Shown one piece after another: positions 12,913 through 26,229 of a stretch of DNA of 64,000 bases. Made by a program: the position numbers and the translations under genes. The stretch is from Nageia nagi (lineage: Eukaryota; Plantae; Pinophyta): positions 21,142,001-21,206,000 of the forward strand of contig JBITNC010000002.1 of NCBI GenBank assembly GCA_050084985.1. Reading direction: 5' to 3'. How positions within the stretch are numbered: position 1 is the first letter of the stretch; the number at the start of each line of letters is the position of its first letter. The notes below the pieces were generated by a model. That model had not been told where the DNA came from, did no database searches, and was given only the letters and a program-made list of their open reading frames with translations.

Positions 12913-15900
12913 TGCTAGGATTCACTATATATTAAAAATAAAGTTGAGCAATTACTTTACTAAAAAATGAGAAGAATAATTAAGCAAACAAGGTCACACG
13001 AGAAAAGACACAAAGATGTAATGTTGTTTACCCAATGTCGACCATGTCCATAAAGAATATCCAGTCCTTTATTTCAATCCATTCAAAGCATCAAAGAGAT
13101 ATAACTAATTGGCAAAGCATTATACCATTCTCTTTGGTTATAGCAGGAATACTCACTATAATAATCTTTCTTCAAAGAATTACGTCTTCTCATGTTTCTC
13201 AAACATATAAAAAATCTACTCTCTCCTTCAAGCATTAACCATTCCAACACTAACCAACTAACTCTAATTATATAAGATCATATAGTTTATACAAATTCTT
13301 ACCATCTTAATTTTAGTACTAATTGAAGTAAGAAACCATGCAAGAAATCTACCATTAATAGCAACATCAATTCCTAAACATAGAACAAAATAAGAGTAAG
13401 CTTTCAATCCCAAAATAGAGCTTTTACACCTAAGGAATTAGAGTCATCCACCATAATATCAATCTTTTCTTAGGATCATTAACCTTAAGGAAGAATGCAA
13501 CAATAACAACTTCTACCTCCTTCTTAACCTACAACTTGATTGATTAGATTATTGTGTCCATATCTTGATTGATTGAACAATGCTACTTATTGGTCTCCTC
13601 CTATTTGACTAGCCTTATATATTGGTCTTGTGTATGTTGAATACAAAATAGAGAGCTAAAAAATGTAAGCTATCCAAAATATCAAGCTCAATTCTCATCA
13701 ATCTCTAACTTTTAGATTGGTTTTTGGAACACACTACAATTTAGGATTCAAATATTCCAATTTTGACCTCCCATTCCTTGATATAAACTAAAATTCATAG
13801 AACCATAAATTCCTCCTTTTCAACCATCATTGCAAATTTAATAATACCATGAACCTCAATAAGTTCATACCATTTGTTAATTTCTTACATTGATGTTCTA
13901 TGAATCTTAACTAATCCATACCTCCCACCTCATGCGTTAGACTAGCACCTTGTGAAAATAAATTTATTCCAAGACTTTTTGTGTATACAATCTTTTTTCT
14001 TTATTTTTATCTTGTATACATAAAAACCATGCCATTTTTCCATACTTGGAAGTATATTTTGAACTCTAAGATCCCACTATTTGGATTTCTATTGCTTAAA
14101 ATACTCACACCATTAGTATATAAAATACATGAAACTAGATGGAAGTCTTGATGTAAACCCTTATATATTTTTCAACATCCCTTACTAAAATTTATTTATC
14201 CTAACATTCAAGACATCCTTATACATACATTTGGTACCCACATCTTAGATTCTTCTTATGCTTCAAAACTCCTCTTTCAATCTTTTTCTTTTTACCAAAT
14301 CTCAATTCTCATTTATCTTCAAATTTTTGATATTCTTGAATTGCATTCCCACCTATAGATGCCAAGTCCATAATATGATTAGAATTGTTAGTAAAAAAAT
14401 ATAGAAAACTAACCATATTACCTCCAACAATAGCTATAGAATGGTTAGATACTTTCCAAATCTTATTTATGAATGAAACCATATATCCTCCACCATCAAG
14501 CTTGCTTGTTTAAATATGATTCCTTTTTCAATCAACAATATACTTCATCTCTTTAAGCACCTATCGATTTCCATTATGCAACTTGATCTTAACTTTCCCT
14601 ATACAAACTATCATCTATGGCTTATCATTACCCAATTTAACATGTACAAAATATCATTAAACATACTTAATTGCATAACCCTTGCAAAAATTTACATGGA
14701 AAGTAACGTTTGTATCTAATACATAATAATCATTATGCATATCAAGAGCTAATATTAAATTATCCTACTTTACCAACCATATTGGCTTCATAATTATTAC
14801 CTATATTGACGTTTCTTTCTTTTCCATCTTATTTTCTAGGCCAAAAATCCATCTTGAAACATTCCTTCTTCCCACAATACCAACACTCCATGTACATTTT
14901 CCCTTGGAGTCACCTTCATGGTTCTCTTCTATTTGATATCTATCTCTTTCCCTCTATCTTTTATTTCTATCAACAAGTAGTGGACAAAAATTCCTAGATG
15001 GTGGCCCTATATTGTTTCTTAGCATGTTCTTACTAAGAAGGATACGCACCATATGATAAAAATTAGCTTGCTAGAACATGAAGCAAAATTAATTATCATC
15101 ATTACCAAGCCACTCCAATTATCCATTAATGAGTATAATAGTAACAAGGATCATATCTCATCATCAAAGTCTAAATCCACTTAATTAAATTATTTATTCA
15201 TAGTATTAAACTAACTCAAGTGGTTTGGAATGAATCCTTCTTCACTCATTTACACATCAAACAACTTTATCATGAGAAATACCTTTTTTGATATGTAGTG
15301 TTTCTCATACATCTTGACCAACTTGTACATGACACTCTTTATGGTATTTTCCTATAAGATGTTGAAAGCTAAATTTTCACTCAAACATAATTTTAGTGTA
15401 CCCAAAGCCTCTCTATCCAAAAGCTTCCAATTTGCCTCATCTATGTTTCTGGTTTTACTCTTTTTCTTTTCTCCAACAGGTAAATAAAGGTCCTTATCAT
15501 ATAATTAGTACTCTATTTGCATCTTCCAAAATCCTAAATTTTGATCATTAAAATTATCAACTTGAAACCTCTATTCTTCTTCCATTTCTTCCACTTTATT
15601 CAAAATCTCTACCTTCAAAAGTTAAAGCTCTAATACCACTTGTTAGGATTCACTATTTAAAACTAATGTTGATCAATTACTTTGCAGACAAACCAGAAGA
15701 AGAATTATGAAAACGAGATCACACAAGAGAAGAAATAAACATGTAATGTTGTTCACCCAATATGTGTTATGTCTATGAAAATTTTCAATCTTTTATTTCC
15801 TTCAGTTCAAAGCCATCAATAGATACAACAAACAACAAAACCAATGTGCCTTTCTCTTTGGTTACATAAGTAATTTTCACAAAAGTGATCTCTCTTGAAG

Positions 15901-16410
15901 GAATTACCTCATCTCTTATTTCTCAAACATATATAAACTCTATTCTGTCTTTCAAACATTCACTATTTCAATACTAACCAACTAACTACAATTACATACA
16001 ATCATACAATTCAAAGAAATCCATACAATCTTAATTTCAGTTCTAATTGAAGTAAGAAACCATAGAAGAAATATGCCATTCATAGAAACATCAAGTTCTA
16101 AACTTAGAATAAAGTAAGAGTGAGATTGAAAGTCCAAAATAAAACTTTTGGACATCTTGAATCTTAGTCAACCATCATCAAACCGATCTGATCATTCACC
16201 TCAGGAATGAGCACAACTGCAACAAATTCTAGTAAGTATTTAACGATCCTACTAATCAACCTCCTCCTGACCCTCCAAATCAATCTTATTCAACCACAAT
16301 GAAACCGATCCTATTATCAGATCATTCACCTCAGGAATGAGGACAACTGCAATAACCTCTACTGTGTATTTAACGATCCTACTAATCAACCTCCTCCTGA
16401 CCCTCCAACT
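12913..16410 (-). mobile_element. Old, internally deleted Ty1/Copia (Tnt1/Tork-like gag-protease) element
   Basis: Diverged LTRs start tgctaggattcactat (12913) and tgttaggattcactat (15641). Minus-strand PBS TGGTATTAGAGC at 15627-15638. Gag N-terminus FQVDNFNDQNLGFWKMQIEY*LYDKDLYLP, knuckle remnant ECWYCGKK, protease remnant YVLDTNVTFH. PPT-like TCAAGGAATGGGAG at ~13768-13781. Outer right boundary is approximate. Confidence 0.75.
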
Positions 16411-17080
16411 CAACCTTTTCCATGCGAATAATAAATCAAAAAGCTGAATAGTATAAATTAACCAAGCTCAATTCCCAATATAATTGATTTTCAGAACTGC
16501 TACTCAAAAATTAAAAGAATATTGTACGAGTTTCACAAATGCTATGGCATACCTTAAGATGATCTTAGGATGGACACATATATAAGCCGTCACAAAATAT
16601 TGGTAGAATTTTCTGATATGTTATGTTGTACAAAAACTACAGCATCATGGACTTGAGTGCTGCGTCAACACTGGGCGTGTAATCGTCGTGGTTCCATAAT
16701 GGGAAAGGCATGCTTGTCCACTCTGAGATACTGCTCAATGAATATCAAGATACGGGTAGAGGTTCATAGTGTGTCATCCATTATATTATCTAGTTAGTAG
16801 TAGTAGTAGTGGAACAACTGATCAGATAAAAGGTAATTAAATTATTATTATTGACAAAATGGAGGCAAAGTGCTCAGATCAATGTGAATAAGTGGGAAAA
16901 AATGGACATCTTCATATTTGAAATCGGATAAGTCAACAGTTACAAACAGGAATGTAAATATTTACAGAGATGGAATAAAATACCTGGTGGTATTTTGATT
17001 TATTCAATCCATTACATGTTATATGCCACAACTGTAAAACATGTTCTGTACAAAAAGTAACTATGTTATAACAATCTTTT

Positions 17081-18360
17081 TCACCCTATTTTAGCAGAAG
17101 CACAGCATTTATGACAACCATTTCCTCCGATGTCAGTTTGATTGATTTGCAGTCCAGTATCATATAAACCTCCTATTTTCCAGTCTGCAGGCATAACAGC
17201 CTTTTTGGCCCATAACGTATATCCATCGTATCCAGATGTTACTACTAGACGAAATTGCAGATCAGTTTCTGGAGGGTTGCTTATGTCCCACACTGCCCCA
17301 AAATTCCGTCTTAACGACCTCCAGTTGTTGCTACCAACCTGCAGATATAGAGACAGACACATACGAATACATATACAACACGTTATTTATCTTCCTCGTC
17401 CTTGTCCGATTTATATTTTAACAAGGTAATATAAAACCACGGAACCGGTAATGTGTTACTTTTACCGTAGCAACCTCGGCAATAACAATCTCTGTTTGTC
17501 CTCCCTGGTATAAGAATGCCAACGCAAGGAAGGACGGATATTGGCTGATTTCATGGACTTTAACTACCAGATTGCAGCCCTTGTACTCGCAGAAGATTCT
17601 GCTTAAACAGTAGATAGAAAAATTAAAAACTTATATTCTTCCAGACTAAGCAGCGAGAAGTAACCTGGTTTTTAAAAAATGTGGTTACAATGAGAACCTT
17701 TCATATTCGATGTCGATGATGCCGGAATGTACAAGCTCACGGCTCTTGTTTGGCAGAGCCAAGCTCTCGTAAGTGTACTTGGGAACAACAAACTCCGTCT
17801 GGGGATTTGAGGTCATGTCTGTCACCACTACTTTCGCCCCTGACTCGTTGCATAGATCGGGATCCACGCATCTTATCTGCATGACAATGTTCAATTATAT
17901 ATTTTTCTAGTATCTAAAAATGGGTTTCAAAATATAGTACGTGTCGTCTCAATTCCTTGAATTAGGGCATGGTGTGTAGAGTTTTTATTACCTTATAGCA
18001 TACGCTGCATCCTCTTCCGTTCTTGTACAAGGAAGAGCTGACAGCCGCCACATTACCCCTGTAAAAATATTCTGCAGAATCCCCAAAGCCGCATGCTCCC
18101 ACTGTAATTGTCACAATTAATCAGTACTGCTTTACATAGGTAGTTTGTATATCGTAATCAAAATAAAATAAAAATAAAGCATAACAAAGGGCAGTGTTAC
18201 CTTTTACAGCATAATCGCTGTAATAATAAGCGAGGTTAGAACGATGGTTGCAGCGAACGGCTCCGAGCACCGGACCTAGCCATACAAGAAGTTTCACTAC
18301 CATCACAGAAATTACAATGGGACCTGACCAACGACTTGGTATAAAACTTCCCATTGCCAT
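17081..18360 (-). CDS. EXLA: Expansin-like A protein (signal peptide + DPBB + CBM63), 279 aa, 5 exons
   Basis: Exons 18360-18201, 18101-17992, 17876-17698, 17598-17466, 17338-17081 have GT-AG boundaries and total 840 nt in frame. Motifs: RCNHRSNLAYY, GACGFG, GRGCSVCYKIRC, VVTDM, IEYERIFCEY, FLYQGGQTEI, GAVW, WKIGGLYDTGLQI plus a Cys-containing C-terminal extension. No HFD motif, as expected for EXLA. Confidence 0.93.
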
Positions 18361-18410
18361 GGTTGATGCTTGTACTATAAATTGATTTGGACTAGGCAGA
18401 ACGCTGTAGG

Positions 18411-18420
18411 TATTTATATA
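18411..18420 (-). promoter_or_regulatory. TATA box of the first EXLA
   Basis: TATATAAATA on the minus strand, 50 nt upstream of the ATG at 18360. Confidence 0.65.
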
Positions 18421-18454
18421 TCAGTGAAGATAGGTGTCTGTTTTAGATCGAGTG

Positions 18455-18610
18455 GAAGATTAAACGTGCTGATTGAGTCATTCACACATGTGAGAGACTA
18501 CCCTTGGAAGGCAACTTACAGCGGAGTTTAATTGAAAGGCACCTCCAACGAAAAATTTAGTCGAAAGATAGGGGAGCGTGAGTACTTGTAAAGCTGTTAC
18601 TGAAGGGATA
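18455..18610 (-). promoter_or_regulatory. Proximal promoter blocks conserved between the two intact EXLA paralogs
   Basis: Collinear blocks ctgattgag, cttggaaggca(a/c)cttacag, aaggca, gagcgtga and gttac..aggga are shared with 63835-63975. Confidence 0.55.
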
Positions 18611-21600
18611 AGTCATCAATTCGGCAAGTTGTTAAGAGGATAAGAATGTGGATAAGGTTGCTTTGACATGGCATATGAGGAGGATTTTCAAAGTATACGC
18701 GGCAAGCATACAAAAATTAGGTTGTCATTCACGTTTACCACTGACACGAGTTTTCCCAACAGGGAACCCAACTATATATATATATTAACGAGTGCGATTC
18801 ATGAATATTTGCTTTATTTCAATTATGTAGTATTTTTTTGTTCTAAAGAAATAAAGTTAGATTTACAATAAAAAAAAGTGTTTGGTTTTTATCTTGGAGT
18901 AAACTAAACAAAAAGATAATTATCGGAACCTGCATTTATAATTTGATAAAAAGATTTTATGCAAAATTTATTAAAGTGTGCTGCAAAAGTTATTGAAAAA
19001 AGAATTTGTGCAAAACTTCAAAATCATAGGATCTTTTAATACAAAAGCTAATTAAAAATTATGTATAGAGAGGTACATTAATGGTGAAGGTTAGATTTTT
19101 CAACCTCTCTCCTTGGTTGGTGTTGGTGGGTTTCATCCATTTTCAAAGTTCAATTCATTGTGAAGAGTGTTCATTCATGGGCATGACACACATTTTGTTT
19201 ACTAGAAAATAAATAGTTTGTTTTTAGGCGAGAATAAATATATTTTTTTATCCATCAATAAAAACACTTCATTTATCTCTCGATAAGGATAATGCATTCA
19301 TCCATTCATAAATAAATTAATTTATACCTACATAATTTGTTTATCCATGAATAAAAATAATATCTTTATCCCTGAAAATGTAATGTGTTTATCACCTCTC
19401 AAAAATAATGTATTTATCTCCCATTAAAAATCACCACATCATTTTACCGGGAGGGATAAAATCATTGTGTCAAAGATAAACACAATGTGTTTATCCCTTA
19501 TCACTTATTTTGAAGACATTATGTTAAGTTGCACACTTTTGAATATCACAAATCACTTACGGTGTATTAATGACTAGTTATCATGGGGACAAAACTTTAT
19601 TGCAAATATATTATTTGTATATTGTTAATTGGTTCATTATTGGTTGGAAATAGTATTGGAGAGAGTCAAACAAGAAATAATGGTTACAGATTACAAGGCA
19701 TTCAACTCCATAAATGGTATGTCTTTAACAATATAATATTTTCTAACCATTCAATTCCATAAACATATAATAGTATTTTTCAAAAACCCTAGTTACACGT
19801 TTACAACCACAACATTCCATTATAAAATGTTATTTATATCTTGCGATCATTATACTCTATAAAAATGTGTTTGCATTATGCATCTCTTCAAAAAAATCTC
19901 GAGCCTTTTGTATTTTTTTTATTTGGCATACATATAGTACAACATTTGATTAAAACCTACTTCATCGAAATTGATAGATTTGTTTAATAACCAAAAGCAA
20001 TTTTTAATTTTCTCACTATGGTGGTAAATAAACTAGGGTTTTATCACTCAAGATAATCTCTCCAACACTTTTTAAATTTATTTTGTATTCGAATGTGATT
20101 TGCTCCCACAAAAAGGTATTATTTTCTTTCTCAAGGTATCCCGCACAACTAAGAAGGTCAACAATGCATGAATAATTATTTATAATAGAAATAATGTAAT
20201 AAAATTCATTCAAAGGTTCTTTGTAAAGTAATTGCATAATGCATGAAAAATATAAGCAAAGGTAAATTCATCAACTATTTTGGTTATTGGGGTTTTATAT
20301 TTTCATATATTAGGGTTTTATATTTTTATATATTAATAGTAAATTCGTAGTTCAAATTAGATTTAATAATAGGAATATTTTCAACATCAATAATATCCAA
20401 AAGAACATTCTTCATGTTTGAAATGATGGAATTTATTTGCATTCCTCATGATAATTTCTCCTACAATGATCTTTGTATTAAACAAGGTGTAGCAATGGTT
20501 TTGTCATTATTTTCAACACACTCAATGAGACCCAGTTGGCATAGTAGTGAGGTGTTGATGCTTGTAAAAAGGTATTTGGTAATGTTGAGAATATATTTGA
20601 TGTTCGATTGAAGTTATTACAAGTGATTTGTGCGAATTCTTCAAAGTTGTAAAAGTCATCCAAAAATTATCAAAATTGTTAAAATGTTGTAAAACTTGCA
20701 AAAGCTATCAAAATATTATTTGGAGCTTATTTAAAGATGTTTGGTACATTTATGGATGTGTTCAATGCTCGAGTTAAGTTGGCATAGCCCATTCTTACAA
20801 AATTTTAAAACTTGCTATAAATTTATCAAAGTTGTCAAAATTGTAAAAACTTTCAAAATATGGTAAATCTTATAATTCTTGGTCCCATGTACCAATGACT
20901 CTATTAGATGGATAATCATATCAACTAGAGGATTGTTAATCTGTTAGATGTATTTTTATAGTGAGGTTGTAGTGTTGGATGAATAGTGGTACAAGTTTGG
21001 ACCCCTTGGCAATTTTGGTGAAATATGTCAATTTTGCTTCGATGTGTATTCAAATAGGATGGATCAATATGGAATATATCAACATGTATGGAAATAATTC
21101 ATAACAATACTGAAGGTGTCAGCTTGGTGTTGGTACTTGGATAATTTTGCACATTTTAGGACAGTTGTAAAAATAATCCTAAAGGCCACTTTGGATGCGT
21201 AATATTAAGAAAATCAAGAGAAGTTATATCAAAAAATTTAACTAAACTTTTTTGGTATTAATATTTGCCTATAGTTCAAATTTTAAGTCAAACAAACACC
21301 CGAGGAAGAAAAGCCATGAGTTGCAAAAAGTAAATTTCTCGCTTTTTTAGTTTTGATAGTTGTAAAATCAACACTAGATTCCACTTTCTAGGTGGAATAT
21401 TAATCAAACCATGAGGATTTATATCTAAAAATTATTACTTGAGGTATTCAAATATATGTAGTGCTTACATTTTAAATTTCATCCCAAACAAATTCCCTAT
21501 GCAAAAAACATGAGCATTGCAAAATGGATCCAAAACACTTTTTGTAGTTTTTGTTTCATTTTTATGACAATTTTGCTCTAACATATTAAAATTCATATTT

Positions 21601-24600
21601 TCTAGTTACCAAATTCTCCATTCAAGTGTGTAATTATGAAAATATATATTCTTCAATTAGGACCATAAGAGAATAATGCTAGGTGGCATGTTTGTTTCAT
21701 AAGAATATTTGGTATATGGAATATGAGGAGTTAAAAAAAGGACTTACATATGAGAAGTTACAAATGACAAGTGCCATATAAGAATATTATATCATAATGG
21801 AGTTACAAAATAAAGAGTTACATAATGGTAGGTGATAAGTGGCAAGTAATAATATGAGAGTTACATAAAGGAGTCACAATTGGTAGGTGGTATATGAAAA
21901 TATTGTATCATAAAGGTATTATGAGAGACTATTTCTTGTAGAATTCATTAGAATAATTATTCCTTGGAACAAAGAGAGAGTATGGTAGATGTAGTAAAAT
22001 TATAGATGTGCCAAGAGATTTGTATGTTATGATAAGACTAGTATGGTTGTGACTATTAGGGTGAATGGAAGAAAAGTTTGTGCTAGACCACTAAGGGTAT
22101 TTGGAAAAGAAATTAAATTTTCCACTATAACATCTTAAGTTTGTTAATTGGGTGCTTAACAATACAAGTTGGTGCTCCTTGTAGTTGGTGCTGCAAACGA
22201 TTGAGTCAAGTGGATGCTTGGCTACAAGGGTTCATGCTCCTAATAGTGCTCCTTCAAGTTGGTGTCATAAAATGATTGTAAATTTGTTGCTTTATAATGG
22301 ATAAATTTAGACCATGATCCAAACACTCTTATCTAGGGATGTAGCCATATTGATGAACCTCATTATATCTTGTGTTTTATGATGCTCCCTTGTTGTGCTT
22401 TCTTTACTTTGGTTTATTTCAATTTTTAACTTGCATGGTTTTATTTTTATAAGTAGAATATTTGAGGTTTAAAATATAACAAATTGATTCATTAACCCTA
22501 TAAATGTCATTTTGTTACCAACATCTTGGAGATAAACTTGCATACAAAAGGAAAATCACCATATACTCAAAAGTCATCAAGAATAGATGGAATAATAACC
22601 ATTTGTGTATCCCATATGCAACATTTGTCATAATTTTATGTATTAATAATGCATTTTTATTACAAAATAGATCAAATAATAGGCATGTTTCTATCACCAA
22701 TAATCTACACTAAATCATTGGATGTTTGGTGATGGAGTTTATTTACATCCTTAATAACAATATCCCTTCAATAATCTTGGAGATAAACTTGGTTATGAGA
22801 TATGCCAATTATCACCTACTCAATGGTTATTTACAATATATGGAATAAAAGCTATGTTATGTTTAGAATAAGTAATTTTTTCATACTTTTATACATATTA
22901 ATAGTACATTTTCAAAAGATAGCACTACACTACTTAATGGTTCTTCATATTTTTACATATTAATAGTACACTTGTATATAAAAATAGATATTATTTATGT
23001 TATCAATAATCTCAACAAGAACATTATTCATATAATTAATGATATAATCCATTCACATTCTTCATAATAATGACCCTTACAACAATCTTAGAGATAAATA
23101 TGGTTGTAGCATGACAAGTATTGCATACTCAAAGGTTCTTTAGAATAGATAAAATAATAGGTATGTTATGTGTAACATCAGTTCATCAAATGCACTTATA
23201 TTTTAAAAAAGATGGAATATTAGGTGTATTTCCATCACTAATGATATCCACAAAAATATTCTACAACTTTAAAATTATGAAATTCATTTGTATCCTTCAC
23301 AACAATGTTTATTACAACAATATTAGAGATAGACTTGGTTGTAGTATGGAAGTCACTACATACTTAATTATTCTTCATACTACAACATTATGAATATTTA
23401 TTCTTTCTTCCAAGTTATAAAGGTATTTTGAGAGATGAGAATATTTATTCTTTATAAACATTAGCGATGAGAAACTATTCAAAGTTAAAAGATACTTCAA
23501 GAGAGGTTAAGTAATCCTTTTTTCTATTTGTAATATTTTAATGTGTGATTTCTCTATGTGAAATAAACTTATTGGATTTATGAATCCTTATTATAGGTTA
23601 TAATTACAATCCATGAAATCATATGTGCATCATGGAATATCATCATGTTGATAATAATATCTACATTTCCTTTTCTATCAATAACAATGTTGGACAAACT
23701 TCCTTAAAGACTTGGGAATCATTCTTCTATGAAATATTTGTATATTAGTTATTAATCAATATTAAAGAAGCTTCATGTTTCATTTGAAAATTCTTCTTCT
23801 TTACAAATATTATGATTGAGTAGATGTTACATGTTGGAGGGATTTCCATGTAGCTATAGCAATATTTCTTCTTTATGAATATTAGTTGTGTATATTTATT
23901 CAAAGATATAGAAACTTCTTGAGAACTCTAAGAATTTATTTCTTTGAAAATATTACCTAAGAGAAACTATTTCAAATTGAATATTCTTCAATACCAATTA
24001 AGGAATATTTTTTCTATGACATATTTTAATATGTGCAATTTCTCCAAGTCAAAGATACTTCCTAGCTCTTGGAATGCTTGTTGTATCTAATCATTGTAGG
24101 GAATAAAATTAGTTCTTCATCATGGAATATGATGTTGATGGTTGCAAAATTTGTAGTGTTATTCTTATTAGTATAATTTTAGTAACACCTTTCTATTGGT
24201 AAACTGATCTATTTTACTAATACGTTGGTGGAAGCAAGCCTTTGGTTCTTGTTATCTATGCTCCAACTCATGGTGGTGGCCTTTAACTTATGAATAATTA
24301 ATATTTTTTTATTTCTTATTTTATGCAAGAATGTTAGTATTATGCAAGTATACAATGTTACAGTATTATTTCCTATTTTACCTAGTTAGGTATCTAGGTT
24401 AGCATTATCTTAAGTTCACTAGTGATTGGTGTGCTAAGTTATCATCTCTACCATGTTGTTGCAATCTGATGGCTAATATCACTTTTATCATATGGCTATT
24501 ATATATTTCATTTCCTATTTAACCAAGGTGTATCTTATATCTAACTCATCCATCATTTTATTCATTGCAAGTAATCATTTTTGCTCTTGTGATATACTTT

Positions 24601-25270
24601 TGGATTTTGCATCCTTGGTGAGGAACTTAGTTTTTCCCCTTTCATTTCATTGTATCAAAACAAGTTGAGTCTTACAATGATTTTCCTTGAGCTTTGCTTG
24701 CAACTTAGTTGCATCCATACCCTTTTTGTATTTTGTACTATGTCCATTATGGTGGATCATCTCCCTACATTGGTGTCTCATGACATTTCAACATTAGCGT
24801 TTTATTGGTGAAATTACATTCTACGATTTTTCTATCTTCTCCCTTATGAGATGTTGGCCTTAGGATATTTTTTATAACTATGGTGGTATAATCATTTATA
24901 GATATGCATATGTATTTTGGTGATCTAAGGTATCAACATCCTTTGCCATATTTTATAATATTATTTTATCTTAATCTTCTATGAGCTCTTCTTCCTCAAC
25001 CTTTCATTCTACTCATGATGGTGGTTTAGTAATGAACATATCTCTTGATTTTGTATTTTGGGTGATATTTCTCTCAAAATACATCATACTATAGTTTTGA
25101 CAATGTTTCTCTCTAAATATATAATAACATATTTCTCTTTGGTGTGTTTTTATTATGCTACTCCCATTGATGATGCATCCATGGTGGGCTACTGATGATG
25201 CTCCTATGTAGGATCACAATAATCTATGATGTATTCTAAGTCCTCATCACTTCTCAAAAGTTAACTCTAC

Positions 25271-25659
25271 AAATGGAAGGGGCTATCTCTTTGAACATTA
25301 ACATAGTGATCCACTCATCATTTGCTTCTAATTCTATGATCTGATATTTTTTCTAGTTCATAATCATGTCCATAATTTTTATCGAGGCATATGAAATTGA
25401 CACCACATCCTTCCCGGCCACATAGTTCTTATCACCATACCCATAGTGCTACACCCTTCATAAAATGGAGGGGGCTATCTCTTCAAGTATTAACACACTA
25501 ATGCACTTATTTGTTGTTTCCAATGTTGTGATTAGATATTTTTTTCTAGATGATAACCATCTTCAAAAATTTTATCAGGGCATATGACATTAACACCACA
25601 CCCTCCTTAGCCATATAGTTCTCTAAACCATACTTGTAGTGCTATGCCCTTCATAAAAT
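25271..25659. repeat. Two ~192-bp tandem units, probably 3' non-coding region of a decayed LTR element
   Basis: aaatggaaggggctatctct...cccttcata is repeated. Several PPT-like G-tracts follow at ~26005-26085. Confidence 0.55.
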
Positions 25660-26229
25660 CTAAAATGATGGTCATTTTTTATGTGGGTTTTCTCCTACCA
25701 ATATAGATGCTAATAGTGCTCATCATCTTTCCATTGGACCACATCATTAGACTCCCTTCTATGTGATGGTCTCCATTATATTCTTGTAGCTACATAGTGC
25801 TTATCAACTTACATTCACTACGATGCTCACATTTTTTTAGGATCTTTGATTGGCCCATGTTCACCCTAAATAATTTCCATAATCTTCTCTTTATGATTGG
25901 AAAATATCCATAACCATGTTAGTCTCCTTATGTGATTTTTAGGATCTCGACCATAATATTTACCTTATATTCTTCTATTCGACATTGGCCATGTTAGACT
26001 CTTATTGGGGGCTTAAATTATTATGGAGATGCATTTTACTTAGTTGGGGATTAAATTTTTTTGGCAAACTTAAAATCAAGGGGGCCATAAATTCAATTAG
26101 CATCAATATCTTGTATCTCTATTAGAATGTTCATTTGCACTTCAAGGATCTTAAATTTGATTTTTGTAATGGATTTCAAATTTTTGAACTTACTTGATTA
26201 TAAAAGTTTGAATAAAAGCTCTTTTTTTA

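Noticed and set aside
17142-17429. Similar plus-strand ORFs (MICSP...) here and at 62542-62778, suggesting a conserved antisense gene
   Set aside because: The similarity is fully explained by the conserved EXLA exon 5 on the opposite strand.
20300-24150. Degenerate repeats (aaagttgtaaaa, gagttacata, ggtgctcc, ~250- and ~480-bp duplicated blocks), possibly LTR or Helitron relics
   Set aside because: No termini, TSD or protein motif could be established by eye, so no element call is made.
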